DNA of 64,000 nucleotides from Octopus sinensis (taxonomy: Eukaryota), in contig NC_043003.1 of NCBI RefSeq assembly GCF_006345805.1, forward strand, positions 8,122,001 through 8,186,000, in the 5' to 3' direction. How positions within the stretch are numbered: position 1 is the stretch's first letter; every line of letters starts with the position of its first letter. Shown here piece by piece: positions 1-12,124 of the stretch. The translations under genes were made by a program, and so were the position numbers. The notes below the pieces were generated by a model, which worked only from the letters and a program-made list of their open reading frames with translations, did no database searches and was not told the origin of the DNA.

Positions 1-417
1 ACACATAACGCTCATTTTATCTGATTCGAAGTTTCCTCATCACAAAGTCGTTGACTACAATATTCAGTTTTCTATGCCTCCCAACGTCTTCCGTTAGAAC
101 AGCAGGTAGTCCAGCGAAAGAGCTTTTGACATAACTCTTGTTAGCGAATCCTGCTACCGACCGAGTCCATCGTGAGTATTGCCTCGCTATTCACCTTCAA
201 CAAGGCATTCATGCAGTTTTCCTGCGTCTGCTGTCTATGACGATGGTGTGCCGAACGAGGATGAAAGCAATGAGGAATCACATTCGCTGGTCATCGAATT
301 TTCAAATTCGACTTTGAATGAGAATTGAAGGTGGATTGTCCAAATATGGGTGACTATGGAACCATAGTCAGGACGAATGGAGACACTTGAAACAGGCGAC
401 TGGAGAAGAAGAATACA

Positions 418-603
418 GTTCTATATTTAAGAGATGAGGAATTATGTACATTATTTACTTTATTTACATTAGAAATGAGAACCCTGGTTCGAAATTTCCC
501 CAAGACACCTGATGCAGGCTGGAGGGTATAACAGCCGAAACGTTGTGTTAACAACAAACAAGATGAGGACAAATATCCGTCAAATGTAAATAATGTAAAT
601 AAT
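418..603 (+). mobile_element. Penelope-like terminal repeat fragment with degenerate hammerhead (504-549)
   Basis: Same family as 52217-52575. GACAC-CTGATGC-a-GGCTG..CAGCC-GAAA-CG-TT-GTGTT is a minimal type-I hammerhead with A9C. Confidence 0.75.
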
Positions 604-719
604 GGAGAAGAATATTTGGATGAGGGCTTGTGATCAGGGTGACCCTGGACCTGTAGAGTTCCTTGACTATTGCTGTTTGGAGCGTTTCCTATATAAGGAG
701 GACTGGATTATCCAAGTCT

Positions 720-1106
720 TTTACTCTTTTATTTGTTTTAGTCATTTTACTGTGGCCATACTGGAGCACAACCTTTAATCGAGCTAATCGACTAGTACTT
801 ATTCTTTCGGTCGCTTTTGCCGAACCGCTAAGTTACGGGGACGTAAACACACCAGTATCGGTTGTCAAGCGATGTTGTGGGACAAACACAGACACACAAA
901 CATATATATACACACACACATATATATTAAATATACATATATGCGACGGGCTTCTTTCATTTTCCGTCTACTAAATCCACTCACAAGGCTTTGGTCGGCC
1001 CGAGGCTACAGTAGAAGACACTTGCCCAAGATGCCACGCAGTGGGACTGAAACTGGAACCATGTGGTTGGTAAGCAAGCTACTTACCACGCAACCACTCC
1101 TACGCC
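720..1106 (-). mobile_element. tRNA-derived SINE family A, full length, with central TA/CA microsatellite
   Basis: On minus: head with A/B-box-like motifs (GGCGTAGGAGTGG..GTTCCAGTT), conserved body GGGCAAGTGTCTTCTAC..GTGAGTGGATTT, tail GTGCTCCAG..AGTAAAA. About 15 copies in the window. Confidence 0.9.
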
Positions 1107-1239
1107 TATAAGTGTTTATGTATTTTGTATATTGTGTATACGTTTAACCCCATCTCCTTTCTTCTCCTTTTCTTTGCCTTGTCTTTTCATGTAAGCCCCA
1201 CACAAATTGTAAACTAATCTTTGTGATATCTCCCTCACT

Positions 1240-1400
1240 AGACGCACGGCAGTTTCTGAGTTCAAATTCCACTGCAGCCAGGTCAGCTTTGTCATCTTTT
1301 CCGGCCTCATGAAATTAAATTGCAACCAAGTACTGGAGTCAAGATAATCGACTTTCGCCTCTCCTCTCAAAGTTGGTGGCTTTGTGTCTAAATTAGAAAG
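1240..1400 (+). mobile_element. SINE family B, degenerate
   Basis: TTCTGAGTTCAAATTCC B-box and GTACTGGAGTC..TAATCGACT body. Confidence 0.6.
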
Positions 1401-2042
1401 AGCTATCATTTTTATCGATGCTAGAATTGCAGTTCTTATTGTTGCTGTAGCCAGAATCGAATTCCTGGCATAACCAGACGAACTTTCATTCTGAGGAAAT
1501 TTTGGTTGTTGGAGGAGGCGAATGTGCAGAGTGTGATAACGCGAATTGCGCTGATTTGTGAGTTATATTTTTAGTCCGTTTGTTCGTTGCAGAAATACAG
1601 TAATATCAGACAAGAGTAGCATATCTCGTTGTTGATTAAATTTATCATTTGCACAATGATGTGTATTTGCATAGACAAATGTATTACTTGTGATATGAGA
1701 TATCTCAAGCCTGCATCTACTGACTTTCTCTGATCTCAAACGCTTTCAATGCTAAGATGAGTGCTGGAGGAATTGCATCTTGCATTTGTGATGTTATCAA
1801 TGGCCTCTTTAAACCCTCATTCGTAATATCGATTTTGGTTTTTATTGTTTATTGTTTATAGCATTCCTGTTTTTGTTGCTATTCATGAAGCTTTCCAGTG
1901 TATCCTATTTACTAATATTCTTCGATCTTTGGGGAAGCAACATTTTCTCATTGGCATACTGTATACATTTTAATATTTCTACCTCCACCAGTTGTATGCA
2001 TTAAAGTATGTTGGCTTTATTGGCACATAAAAATACTTTTAA

Positions 2043-2262
2043 CCCTTTACTCTCTCAAATGTAAAGCTTATTTACGCACATTGTTTTTAATTAATCATGT
2101 AATTAATCTTGTAGCTTCAAGATTCTGTTGAAGTAATTATTTAATTAATTATTTTTAGAATGTCGTTGTAGGTTGTGGGTGTTAGAGGCTGGTCCTGGGT
2201 GGTCTGAACATAAAAACTGTAGGATATTTGGACCAGATATGGTTAATTTAAACGCTAAAGAG
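2043..2262. mobile_element. piggyBac-like MITE
   Basis: TTAA|CCCTTTA ... TAAAGAG|TTAA: TTAA target duplication and CCC-type terminal inverted repeat. Confidence 0.7.
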
Positions 2263-2579
2263 TTAAACATATAGATGGCGCGGGAGGCACAGATGCAATA
2301 CAAACAAACTTTAGAAGAATTCAAATAAGCTTGTGACATCTTCGACTTGCAAAGAGGCACCCTCGCAGTAGTAAGCTATGGAGAAATGTTAACGAGCTAA
2401 AAAAAAACCAAAGTCAGTTCAGAGCTTTCCCTATAGATTGGTAGATGTATATCAAGCTTCGTTGTCTGCTGTAAATATACTACAATTACAACGAAACAAT
2501 AATAATAAATTACAACCAATGTAACTAAGTACATTTTTATAGAATTTACTGAATATTTTTAATCAGTACTAAGTCAGTT

Positions 2580-2756
2580 AACAGATAATGGAGCGATATT
2601 GCTTTCAGCACTTTAACTCCCAAGTTCAAATCTCACTGCAGTCAACTCAGCTTTTCATTCGACCGAGGCCAATAATTTGAAGCACCAGTCAGGTGGATAG
2701 TATCAGTTATTCACCCATTCTCTCTATATTGCTGGTCTTGTGCCTAAATCAGAAAC

Positions 2757-2813
<57 letters not shown>

Positions 2814-2867
2814 CATCATCATCATCATTATCATTATTATTATTATCATTATTATTATTATCATTAC

Positions 2868-2927
<60 letters not shown>

Positions 2928-3530
2928 CATTATTATTCAGGAACCGAGCTGGCAGAATCGTTAGCACGCCGGGCGAAATACTTTGCGGTATTTCGTCAGC
3001 CTCTACGTTCTGAGTTCATATTCAGTCGAAGTCAACTTTGTCTTTCATCCTTTCGGGGGGGGAGGGAGATTAAATAAGCACCAGTTACGCACTGAGGGTC
3101 GTTGTAACCGACTTAACACCCTCCCCCATCTGCCCTTGTGGCAAAAATTTGGAATCGTTATTATTATCTTTCTTCATATCTTGCAGCTTCATTCCACACA
3201 GCTGGCAAAAATGAGAAAACCCGCGACAGACCACTCAAGGGTGGGCGGATATGTATTCCACAGAAACAGAGAAACCAGCCCTGTGAGTCTATATGACTCA
3301 GGAAGGAACTTTATAAGGTGAGCTGCCAGAATCGTTAGCACACCAGGCAAAATGTTTTGAGGCATTCCGTTCGTCTATACGTTCTGAGGTAAAATTCTGC
3401 CGAGGTAGACTTTGCCTTTCACCATTTCGGAGTAGAAAAAATAAGTACCAGTTGAACACTTGGGTCGAAGTCATTGACGTAATCTCTCTCCATAAAATTG
3501 CTGGCCTTGTGCCAAAGTATGATGCCATTA
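2580..3530 (+). mobile_element. Three SINE family B copies (about 2580-2760, 2940-3165, 3316-3530)
   Basis: GAGCTGGCAGAATCGTTAGCAC head, GAGTTCA B-box, CTTTCATCCTTTCGG body, tails running into ATT repeats. Confidence 0.8.
2758..2936. repeat. (ATT/ATC)n microsatellite
   Basis: Seen directly; follows a SINE B tail. Explains the poly-L, poly-I and poly-N ORFs. Confidence 0.98.
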
Positions 3531-4032
3531 GTATTATTTTTCTCTGAGACTTGGCGAGATCTTCCCATATTTTCTCTACCTGGAAGCAGGTAATAAACAG
3601 AATTCCAATCTCTTGTCGCTCAAAGAGACTAAACCTTCTTTAGGAAACGATCTGAAACCGACACAGTTGCTTTTTGGGTCACTTCAAGCCTGACACTATC
3701 TCTAATGTCTTCAATGTGCTTTTCAAACCGCTTACAAACTCCTCTCGACGCTTAGTGAGGTCTTACACATTACTCGGAAAAGAACTTTTATTTACAAGTA
3801 TTTCTGCTTTTTTATCCAGAAAGAATAAAGTGTTTTTTTAGTAATTTAGAATACCCAGGGAAGTTACAGTTACTAAATATAAAAAAATAGATTCCTTGTT
3901 TAACATTCTACTGATTCTAGCACTTTAGAAATAAACCCAAAAAAATTTAAGTTATAAGTCAAAAAAGGAAGAAACAATAACAATGGCAACAGCAACAGTA
4001 AAATTAGACTTAGTTGTAGTAACAGCAATTGC

Positions 4033-4071
<39 letters not shown>

Positions 4072-4090
4072 TTAGTAGTAGTAGTAGTAA

Positions 4091-4136
<46 letters not shown>

Positions 4137-4400
4137 TTAGTAGTAGTAGTCGCAGTAGTAGTAGTAGTAGTAATTGTAGTATGAGGAGGAGGAGGAGGAG
4201 AAGAGGGGAGGAGGAGGAGGGGAGGAGGAGGAGGAGGGGGAGAAAAAGGAGTGCGGTGATAAAAAAGAATGTGGAGAAGAAGAAAGAAGAAGAAGAAGAA
4301 GGAGAAGTAGAAGAAGAAGAAGAAGAAGAAGAAGAAGAAGAAGAAGAAGAAGAAGAAGAAGAAGAAGAAGACGAATGCGGAGGAGAAAGAGAAAAAAGGA
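4033..4400. repeat. Compound (AGT)n-(GAG)n-(GAA)n microsatellite
   Basis: Seen directly. Confidence 0.97.
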
Positions 4401-5499
4401 AAGGAACAACAACGTCGCTAATATCTAATACAGCGGGTAAGTTTGGTTTGTTTCTGATGAAGCACGGAATAGAGGCTTTTCATAGGAAAGTATAAATATA
4501 ATCCGTACAATTTATCGAAGACCAGTAGTGATTTAATTAAATCTAGGATGATAAAAAAAAGAAAGAAATGAAATATATAAAGTGTAACATAAATATAATT
4601 AATATGTGACGAATCTAGGATTAGGTAGCTAACTGTGGGGATTGGATTTTAAATCTCTCTCGCTGATAGAAGACAAGTAGAGAAGATAAATAAAATATTT
4701 GCGGAGAGAAAAATAATCGAAAATAAATCTAGGACGTGATATACTGAAAATAATTTTGTGAAAACCCATCTAATCAGGCATTTCAGAAATAAAACCTAAG
4801 AAAAAAAATAAGGTAAAATAAATAAAAGTTATTGAAAAATAATGAATTAGCTGAGCAATCAGAACTAAAATGAATATTACGAGGTAAAAATCTCATAAGA
4901 TGTTTTGAGAGAAGATACAAAAGAAATACTTATCCTTTGATTTCAAGAGTATAAAATATGATTGAAGAGACTGGCTAAATGGAAATAAAGAAGAAACCTC
5001 GTTTAAAAATAGAAGGATCTCATTCAAAAGAAAAAGAAAAAAAAAATGAAAGCAAGAAAAGTAGGAATTTTTAAACAGAGGAATATTGACTGTTCGACGA
5101 AAATAGATCGTTCACGTGAGTATTTTGCAGGAACAACGTTTAAAAGTATGTAGAATACGTTGTTAGGAAAATCAACGTAAATCTCTCTTGAAGATAAAAA
5201 AAAATGTACAACAAAGGTCGTATTGTAAATTGTAGTCCTGGATAAAAAAAAAAATGCGCTTTAATGAACTGCTGGAATATTTGTGATCATAGATCTGATA
5301 AAATCTTCAACAACAACAGCCACAACAACAGCAACAACAATTCAGAGATTGAAGTAACGAGACTTACTAAGGAGATTAGGAGAGATGGGGATTTTATGGC
5401 GTTTTATTTTTTTCGTCAGTAGTATTAAAAAATAGGCCATTGGAATGACTTTAGATGCGTAGGTGAGTATTTATAGACTCATGCATACACAGAAAAACG

Positions 5500-5915
5500 T
5501 GCAGAGCTATTACTTGAGATATTCTTGTAAGAAAGGAGCTCGATTTTGACAAAAATACAAAGTTCCATCGTTGGAATGTTGATTACAAAATCAATGTCAC
5601 ATTTTGCACTTTAGAAAAATCTTGTATATTTTTGCTATTCCTCTTACGAGTTGTACTTGTAATAAGCCTGTTAGCTGGCTGGTTACTTTTTCTGAAAATT
5701 TTAGATTTTCTATATAGACATTTACTCCCTAAGCAAAGTGGGCTAATTATTATTGCTACAAAAGTGAAATTATAATCTGAGTATAATATATATGGTGCGA
5801 AACCGAGTATTACCATTCTGATAGAAAACTGATGAAGAATTAGGGACCTTCTGTGTCTTATATATTTATCTGTCGTTGTTTATTTACAATGCATTTTATA
5901 ATTTACTTACACATA
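5500..5915 (+). mobile_element. Degenerate Penelope-like 3' end
   Basis: Translates in part to C..FCTLEKSCIF (like the CxLCxxEKxxI GIY-YIG C-terminus), followed by a hammerhead-like relic GGTGC-GAAA-CCGAG-TA-TTAC, ending at (TA)n. Confidence 0.4.
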
Positions 5916-6024
5916 CATATATATATATAAGAGTGTATAAATTTTTTTTTATACATAAAGATGAGACTATTCACAGCAGTCCTTACATGATAAAAAGGCC
6001 AGTTAAAACCCAAACTACGAAAAA

Positions 6025-6541
6025 GAGTTGTGTTCCCCCAAAATCTACTCACACTTTAAATGACAATTAATTCAATGTCTATTCACTGCGAAACAAGATT
6101 AATGGTTTAAATTTGCAAATACATGGTCAAAAGATGCACTCACTCTCTAAATGATAATAAATGCATTGTTTATTGGCAATGATTAATGGTTAAACACAAA
6201 GTGGATGAACGCATTTTTATAAATGTTCAAACTGATGACCACCACTCTCCAGACACAGCTGATGTCATTGATCAATGGCGTTCCATAGTAACTTTCAGAT
6301 TTTTCAGGAGCCGAGTAGTTGCAACTGTGTCGGTTAATTTAGCTATGTACCTTAAAACTGGTCACATCAGTTCAAACAATTTTGGATGGAAATGCTGCAT
6401 CTTCCTCGCATTTACCCAGGCCTACTCATAAAATTCGACTCTCTGTTCAGGGTGGTCTTCATCTAGAGCGTAGGTTAATACTGGAATGTAACCTTTCCCA
6501 CCAACTCGTTCTAAAATGCGATGGGCGCTTGATTTTGGGAT

Positions 6542-6547
<6 letters not shown>
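6025..6547 (-). mobile_element. Internally deleted Tc1/mariner-superfamily element
   Basis: Minus strand encodes QLCLESGGHQFEHL (typical transposase C-terminus). Imperfect TIRs CCCCAAAATC / GATTTTGGGA, ending at TA. Confidence 0.5.
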
Positions 6548-6584
<37 letters not shown>

Positions 6585-7223
6585 GATGTGTGTGTGTGGT
6601 GTGTGTGTGTGGTGTGTGTGTGTGTGTGTGTATAGTAGAAATATGTTACGAAGAGAAAATATAAAATACCCGTGGAAATGTAAGGGTAAAATATGAAAGA
6701 TCAACGAAAATGCATATTGCAAATAGAAAAAGGCTATTTATGACAGGTAACGACAAATATATACATTTAGATTGACTGAGGTAGTAATACTAGTCATAAA
6801 AGTCATTATTATGAGATGATTATAAGATGATAATAAAGTAAGAGAACAAAACGAACCAATGATTTACGCAAAGCTATTCATCGTTTGAATATATATATCA
6901 CCCATAATAATAATAGTGATTATTACGAAATGGCGTAGCATAACCATTAATTCCTTTTATATACATATAGCTTTACATAGAATAACCTGATAGCAAGCCA
7001 GTAAATGCTTCGAGGAATCCCTTTATATTTACAATTATATATATACAACACACACACACACACAAATATATATATTATATATATTATATATATTATATAT
7101 ATATATATATATATCTATATATATATATATATATATATTGATACAAATGGCAGGACAACAAAAATTAAAGAGACCTCGATAATATGTAAATAGAGGAATT
7201 TATCTGAATAATTGGGAACATAT

Positions 7224-7268
<45 letters not shown>

Positions 7269-7269
<1 letters not shown>

Positions 7270-7606
7270 GAGGTGCAATGGCCCAGTGAATAGGGCAGCG
7301 GACTCGCGAACATAGGATCACGGTTTCGATTCCTAGACCGGCGTTGTGAGTGTTTATTGAGCGAAAGCACCTAAATCTCCACGAGGCCCCTCATCTTTCT
7401 CTCACTCTTACTTCCTGTCTCTGTTGTACCTGCATTTCAAAGGGTCAGCCTTGTCACACTCTGTGTCACGCTGAATCTCCCCCAAGAACTACGTTAAGGG
7501 TACACGTATCTGTGGAGTGCTCAGCCACTTGCACGTTAAATTCACGAGCAGGCTGTTCCGTTGATCGGATCGACTGGAACCCACGTCGTCGTAACCAACG
7601 GAATGT
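7269..7606 (+). mobile_element. tRNA-derived SINE family C
   Basis: TGGCCCAGTG A-box, GGTTTCGATTCC B-box, body CAGCCTTGTCACAC..GAACTACGTTAAGGG..GTCGTCGTAACC shared with other copies. Confidence 0.88.
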
Positions 7607-7627
7607 CACACACACACACACACACAG

Positions 7628-7654
<27 letters not shown>

Positions 7655-7658
<4 letters not shown>

Positions 7659-8445
7659 GAATGGTTGTATACTGTCAATCTAACAAGAACGTGACAGTAG
7701 GGGGTACACCACCGTTGTATAGCCCTAGGAGGCATCGAACACCTCCTGACAGCTTCGACACATTTTTCCCTGTGTCCTTATATACTATACGAAGGGGAGA
7801 CAAACACCCCCAACCGCCGGAACTGCATCTAGGGACACCGTGTTTCAGGATCATTGTCCTTCATCATCGGCCTAGAGTAGCAGACCCGGTCGGCTGGTGA
7901 TATTTGCCTGGACTTCGTATCTGTATATATGTAAACTCAGTGAAGTCTATTCACTGATTATCAAAATACGAAATATTGAATTTCTAAATCTCTCGTAGAG
8001 ACGTGTACGGTGGTGGGGCGATAGAATGGTTGTATACTGTCTATCTAACAAGAACGTGACAGTAGGGGGTACACCACCGTTGTATAGCCCTAGGAGGCAT
8101 CGAACGCCTCCTGACAGCTTAGACACATACGAAGTCCAGGAAAATATCACCAGCCGACCGGTGTCTGCTACTCTCTAGCCGATGAAGGACAATGATCCTG
8201 AAACACGGTGTCCCTAGATGCAGTTCGGCGGTTGGGGGTGTTTGTCTCCCCCCTTCGTATATGTATATAAGGACACAGGAAAAAATGTGTCGAAGCTGTC
8301 AGGAGGCGTTCGATGCCTCCTAGGGTTATACAACGGTGGTGTACCCCCTACTGTCACGTTCTTGTTAGATTGACAGTATACAACCATTCTATCGCCCCAC
8401 CACCGTACATGTCTCTACGAGAGATTTAGAAATTCAATATTTCTT
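7655..8445. mobile_element. Penelope-like pseudo-LTR in nested inverted arrangement with two hammerhead copies
   Basis: Segments ordered A-B / spacer / C-A-B'-A'-C'. Hammerheads at 7829-7875 (-) and 8175-8217 (+). Flanked by (TA)n. Confidence 0.8.
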
Positions 8446-8529
8446 ATATATATATATTTATATATATATACACATATACACACACATATATATATTATAT
8501 TTATATATATACATACTCACATATATATA

Positions 8530-8588
<59 letters not shown>

Positions 8589-9952
8589 TATGTGTGTGTG
8601 TGTGTGTGTGTGTGTGGTTTTATAGTAGAGGTATAAAGAAATACGAATACAATGTGTTAGTCAAGTTTGACCAAGTTATGTCTCTTTATGGCGATTGGCC
8701 TCTTATTTCTCATGAGATCGATAAAATACCAAAGTTTGGCATTATAATCGACTAAAATCCTTCGTTATCTTAAATGTGTTGTCATGTCTCGGTGAGTAGT
8801 TTGCTATGCTATTCATCATTCTGTTCTCCAAGACGTGGTCGAATTGTTTCTCCTTGTTATAGAACAAATAATTGATAGATTTTTATCTATGCCACTCTGA
8901 GTAAATATTAGTCTGCCGTTGTAGCCTGCTTGCAAGAATAAAACTAATATTTCGTTTCCCAACGTCTCAATAGTGTAGCCAGTATTCCATATTAACAGAA
9001 CAGTTCTCATTTATTATGTACACTTGCCGTTGCAAAACTCAATTGTCCTATGTTATTTACACCAACAAGCGTTACAGTTCTTGAAAGTAATACAGTACTC
9101 AAGTGTAATATAATATCTATTCGACTTGGTCAGCTTCAACTATCGGTTGATCTTAACATCAGTAATTATTTCATTCATAATAAGAACTTTTGCTTATGCA
9201 AAATATGTTTTTACTGGCAGAAATTTATTCACGTATTACTAGTTTAACTTATTCTCAAATGACTAAGAGCCACCAGATCACACATGTAAATTATTTAACT
9301 AGTAAAAGATATTGATAATGTAATGATGAGATGCAGACTGTGAGAGAATAAAATATCTCTGAATATTTCCTCTGTATTATCTGAAAATAATTTCTGGTGG
9401 GGAATTACTAAATAGATCTTTGGCAAATTTTATTTAAAGCTATCATCGTTTCATTTATATCTCTAATCTGATATACAAAACAAGTTACTTCTCCTACTTT
9501 CATTAAATATCGCTCTTGTTTTGATATCTTTTAAGTTGATCACCTATTTGATAAAAACAAGCCTGTTAGATACAGACGATACGACGGGTGGTGTACCAGA
9601 TTGTATATATAGTTGAAGATACTAATCAGGTTTTGTCCTTCTATTCCTGATTTTAAATCTCAAATCTAATTTACAATTCATCTTTCATTGATTGATAATA
9701 TAATTATCGGTTATTTATCATTTCATTCTTTCTTTGCTTCATCATAAATGTTATTTCCTTCGGCAACATATTAAATTATTTTACAGGTTTGTCACAAAGC
9801 TTCCATCTTGTATAATGTTGATTTATTTTGGCGTGCTATAAGGTCACTTATGAAGGTAGAAGTTATTTGGAGAGGCTTAATAAGAATTAAGATGAATAAA
9901 ACGAATTGGTGAAATAATTGACGCGATCCATTTCAGAATAATATTCCATCGC

Positions 9953-10083
9953 ATTCCTTGAAGAAAATTACTTGCTGAGTGATACCCTGCATGATTTTCG
10001 ACCAGGTAGGAGATGCCTGACACAGCACTATGACTGGGTGTTGAAGCGGTTACCTCGGCAACTCAAATATGGACGTAATATAC
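9953..10083 (+). pseudogene. Short CR1-group RT fragment
   Basis: FLEENYLLSDTLHDFRPGRRCLTQ-HYDWVLK aligns with the RT at 12835-12940. Confidence 0.8.
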
Positions 10084-10415
10084 ATATTCACAAATATATT
10101 TTCTTCTACTACAAAGCACTGAGCTGTCCAACCACCAAATGTATATTCCTAAATTTTTCATTCCGCAATGTTACTAACCCTCTCATCTACAAATGCAATA
10201 TCCTGCATATCTCACATATATTTTCATTCCTCCACTTCACTCTCTATTTCGTAACTTATGTAAATTAACTATTGCTTAACTATATTCTCACACCGTCTCC
10301 GATGAAGGGATATAATAAATATCCTGGAAATAGCTGCAAGACCTTCTATTTATAAATGTTCAAAAATCTTCCCAGCCGCGGGGTTTTTTTAATCTCATTC
10401 TGAAAAAAAATTATA
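10084..10415 (+). mobile_element. Penelope-like terminal repeat with degenerate hammerhead (10295-10342)
   Basis: GTCT-CCGATGA-agGGATAT aataa ATATCCtg-GAAA-TAGCTG-CA-AGAC; ends at (TA)n. Confidence 0.65.
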
Positions 10416-10448
10416 TATATATATATATAATATATATATATATATATA

Positions 10449-10483
<35 letters not shown>

Positions 10484-10672
10484 AATTTTTTCAGAATATA
10501 TACACATACCGGAGTAAGCACATGAATGTGAAACAAGTTAGAAAGAAGAATATTCAAATACCAGACGTAGAGTAATATGCTTTATTTAAAAGCAGCAGAA
10601 ATATGACTGCTGCTTTTAAATTAAATACATACAAACATACACACACACATACATATATATATATATATTTAT

Positions 10673-10703
<31 letters not shown>

Positions 10704-10726
10704 GCAACAAATATGTCCGAGGTAAT

Positions 10727-10812
10727 GTGGTACGATCGTTTCATGCTACTTCATTTTATTAAACATTCTAAGTATTACATCAGTTTTAAAATGTCGAGCA
10801 ATCTTCAGCCAC
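10727..10812 (-). ncRNA. Type-I hammerhead ribozyme motif, intact core
   Basis: Minus: GUGG-CUGAAGA-uUGCU..(long loop)..AGCAu-GAAA-CGAUCG-UA-CCAC. Stem III is the palindrome ACGAUCGU. Confidence 0.8.
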
Positions 10813-11381
10813 TTATAGAAATTTTCCAATCAAACGGACAATGACAATGTACATTCTTGTCTCTATTTCATTTGCCAACATCATAAGGAGGGTAGATATA
10901 CAAAGAGGTTTATTTCATTCTGAAGAACACGATAGTATTAAATTTCCTCTCTGACAGTAGATTTTCACTTTGTTATTTAGATCTGTCATTAGGGAGGGTT
11001 TTTTTTATTTTTGGTTGGATGGAGACAAAGAATTTTTCTATTTATAGATATAGGAAGGGGTAGGACAAATGTCAAAACAAATAAATCTATTCCTATTCTG
11101 ACGAACCCAACCCAGATGCATTTCAATGCACTATAGAAAAAAGCAAGTATGCTGAAGTTAGAGGGGTAGGGGAAGATAGTCTATTAGTGCTCTAGAAGTT
11201 TTAATGTCTCTTACTACTTGACATCTAGATTCTATATTGAGAAATTTAAGTAAATATTGTTTAGACAATTTCCTAAAGGATTTCAATAGATATTAGTGTC
11301 TTATATAGGGATAGAAAATATAGAAATCATTTCATATTTATATAAATATATATATATATATATATAATATATTATATATAT

Positions 11382-11640
11382 ATTCGAAACGTGGAGTAGA
11401 TGAAACAAAGGCGACTGAAAAGGGAAATTTTCCTTGTTTTGTATGTCCTGTACTCTATTTTTTCGTTGTTTAAGAAAAATGTCAATTTCCTTGGTTTTGT
11501 GTTTATGTTTTTGTTTCTCATTGTGTTCGACGTTTTTTTGGTGCCCTGTACCCATATATGCATGTATATATACATGTAGGGGTAGGTACGTACATATATG
11601 TATGTATATATGCATATGTTTTATTTATTTATTAATTTAT
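11382..11640 (+). mobile_element. Penelope-like terminal repeat inserted in (TA)n
   Basis: Homologous to the direct repeats at 38302-38595 and 39200-39492; TA repeats on both sides. Confidence 0.7.
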
Positions 11641-11659
11641 TATATATATATATATATTT

Positions 11660-12120
11660 CTATTAATATATAATCATAATTAGCTAATAAGTGGTGATTA
11701 TTTTAATGAGTTGAATTAAAAGAAAATGTTAGACATAAAATATATATATACTAACCGTGGAAAAAAATATTAATTTAGTACATATATTAGGAGTCAATAA
11801 GATATATTAAAAAATAATGGAAGGGACGTAATCAAGATGAACCAAGTAATTTCTCTAGATATATAGAAATATTTGCGATTATTTCATATTTATATATCCC
11901 CATTTCCATTAATATAGAATCATAATTAGCTAGTAAATGGTGATTTGTTTATTTTATGAGTCGAATTAAAATATGTTAGACAAAATATTTACTAACCGTG
12001 GAGAAAAACTTTATCGATTAAGTAAATATATGAGGAGTTAATAATATATATTAAAAAGTAATGGAAGGGAGATAATCAAGAGGAACCAAGTAATTTCCAT
12101 AGATATACAAAATATAAGAT
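11660..12120. repeat. Diverged tandem duplication, about 240 bp unit
   Basis: ATCATAATTAGCTA..ACTAACCGTGG..ATGGAAGGGA..AACCAAGTAATTTC occurs twice. Confidence 0.85.
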
Positions 12121-12124
12121 TTTA

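Noticed and set aside
1-330. Possible old mariner 5' fragment on minus, or a host exon
   Set aside because: Only faint motif resemblance; stops present and no clear splice context.
2693-4495. Poly-L/I/N/E ORFs, and the many YI/HT/CV/LSIY ORFs across the window
   Set aside because: Translations of microsatellites; no coding signal.
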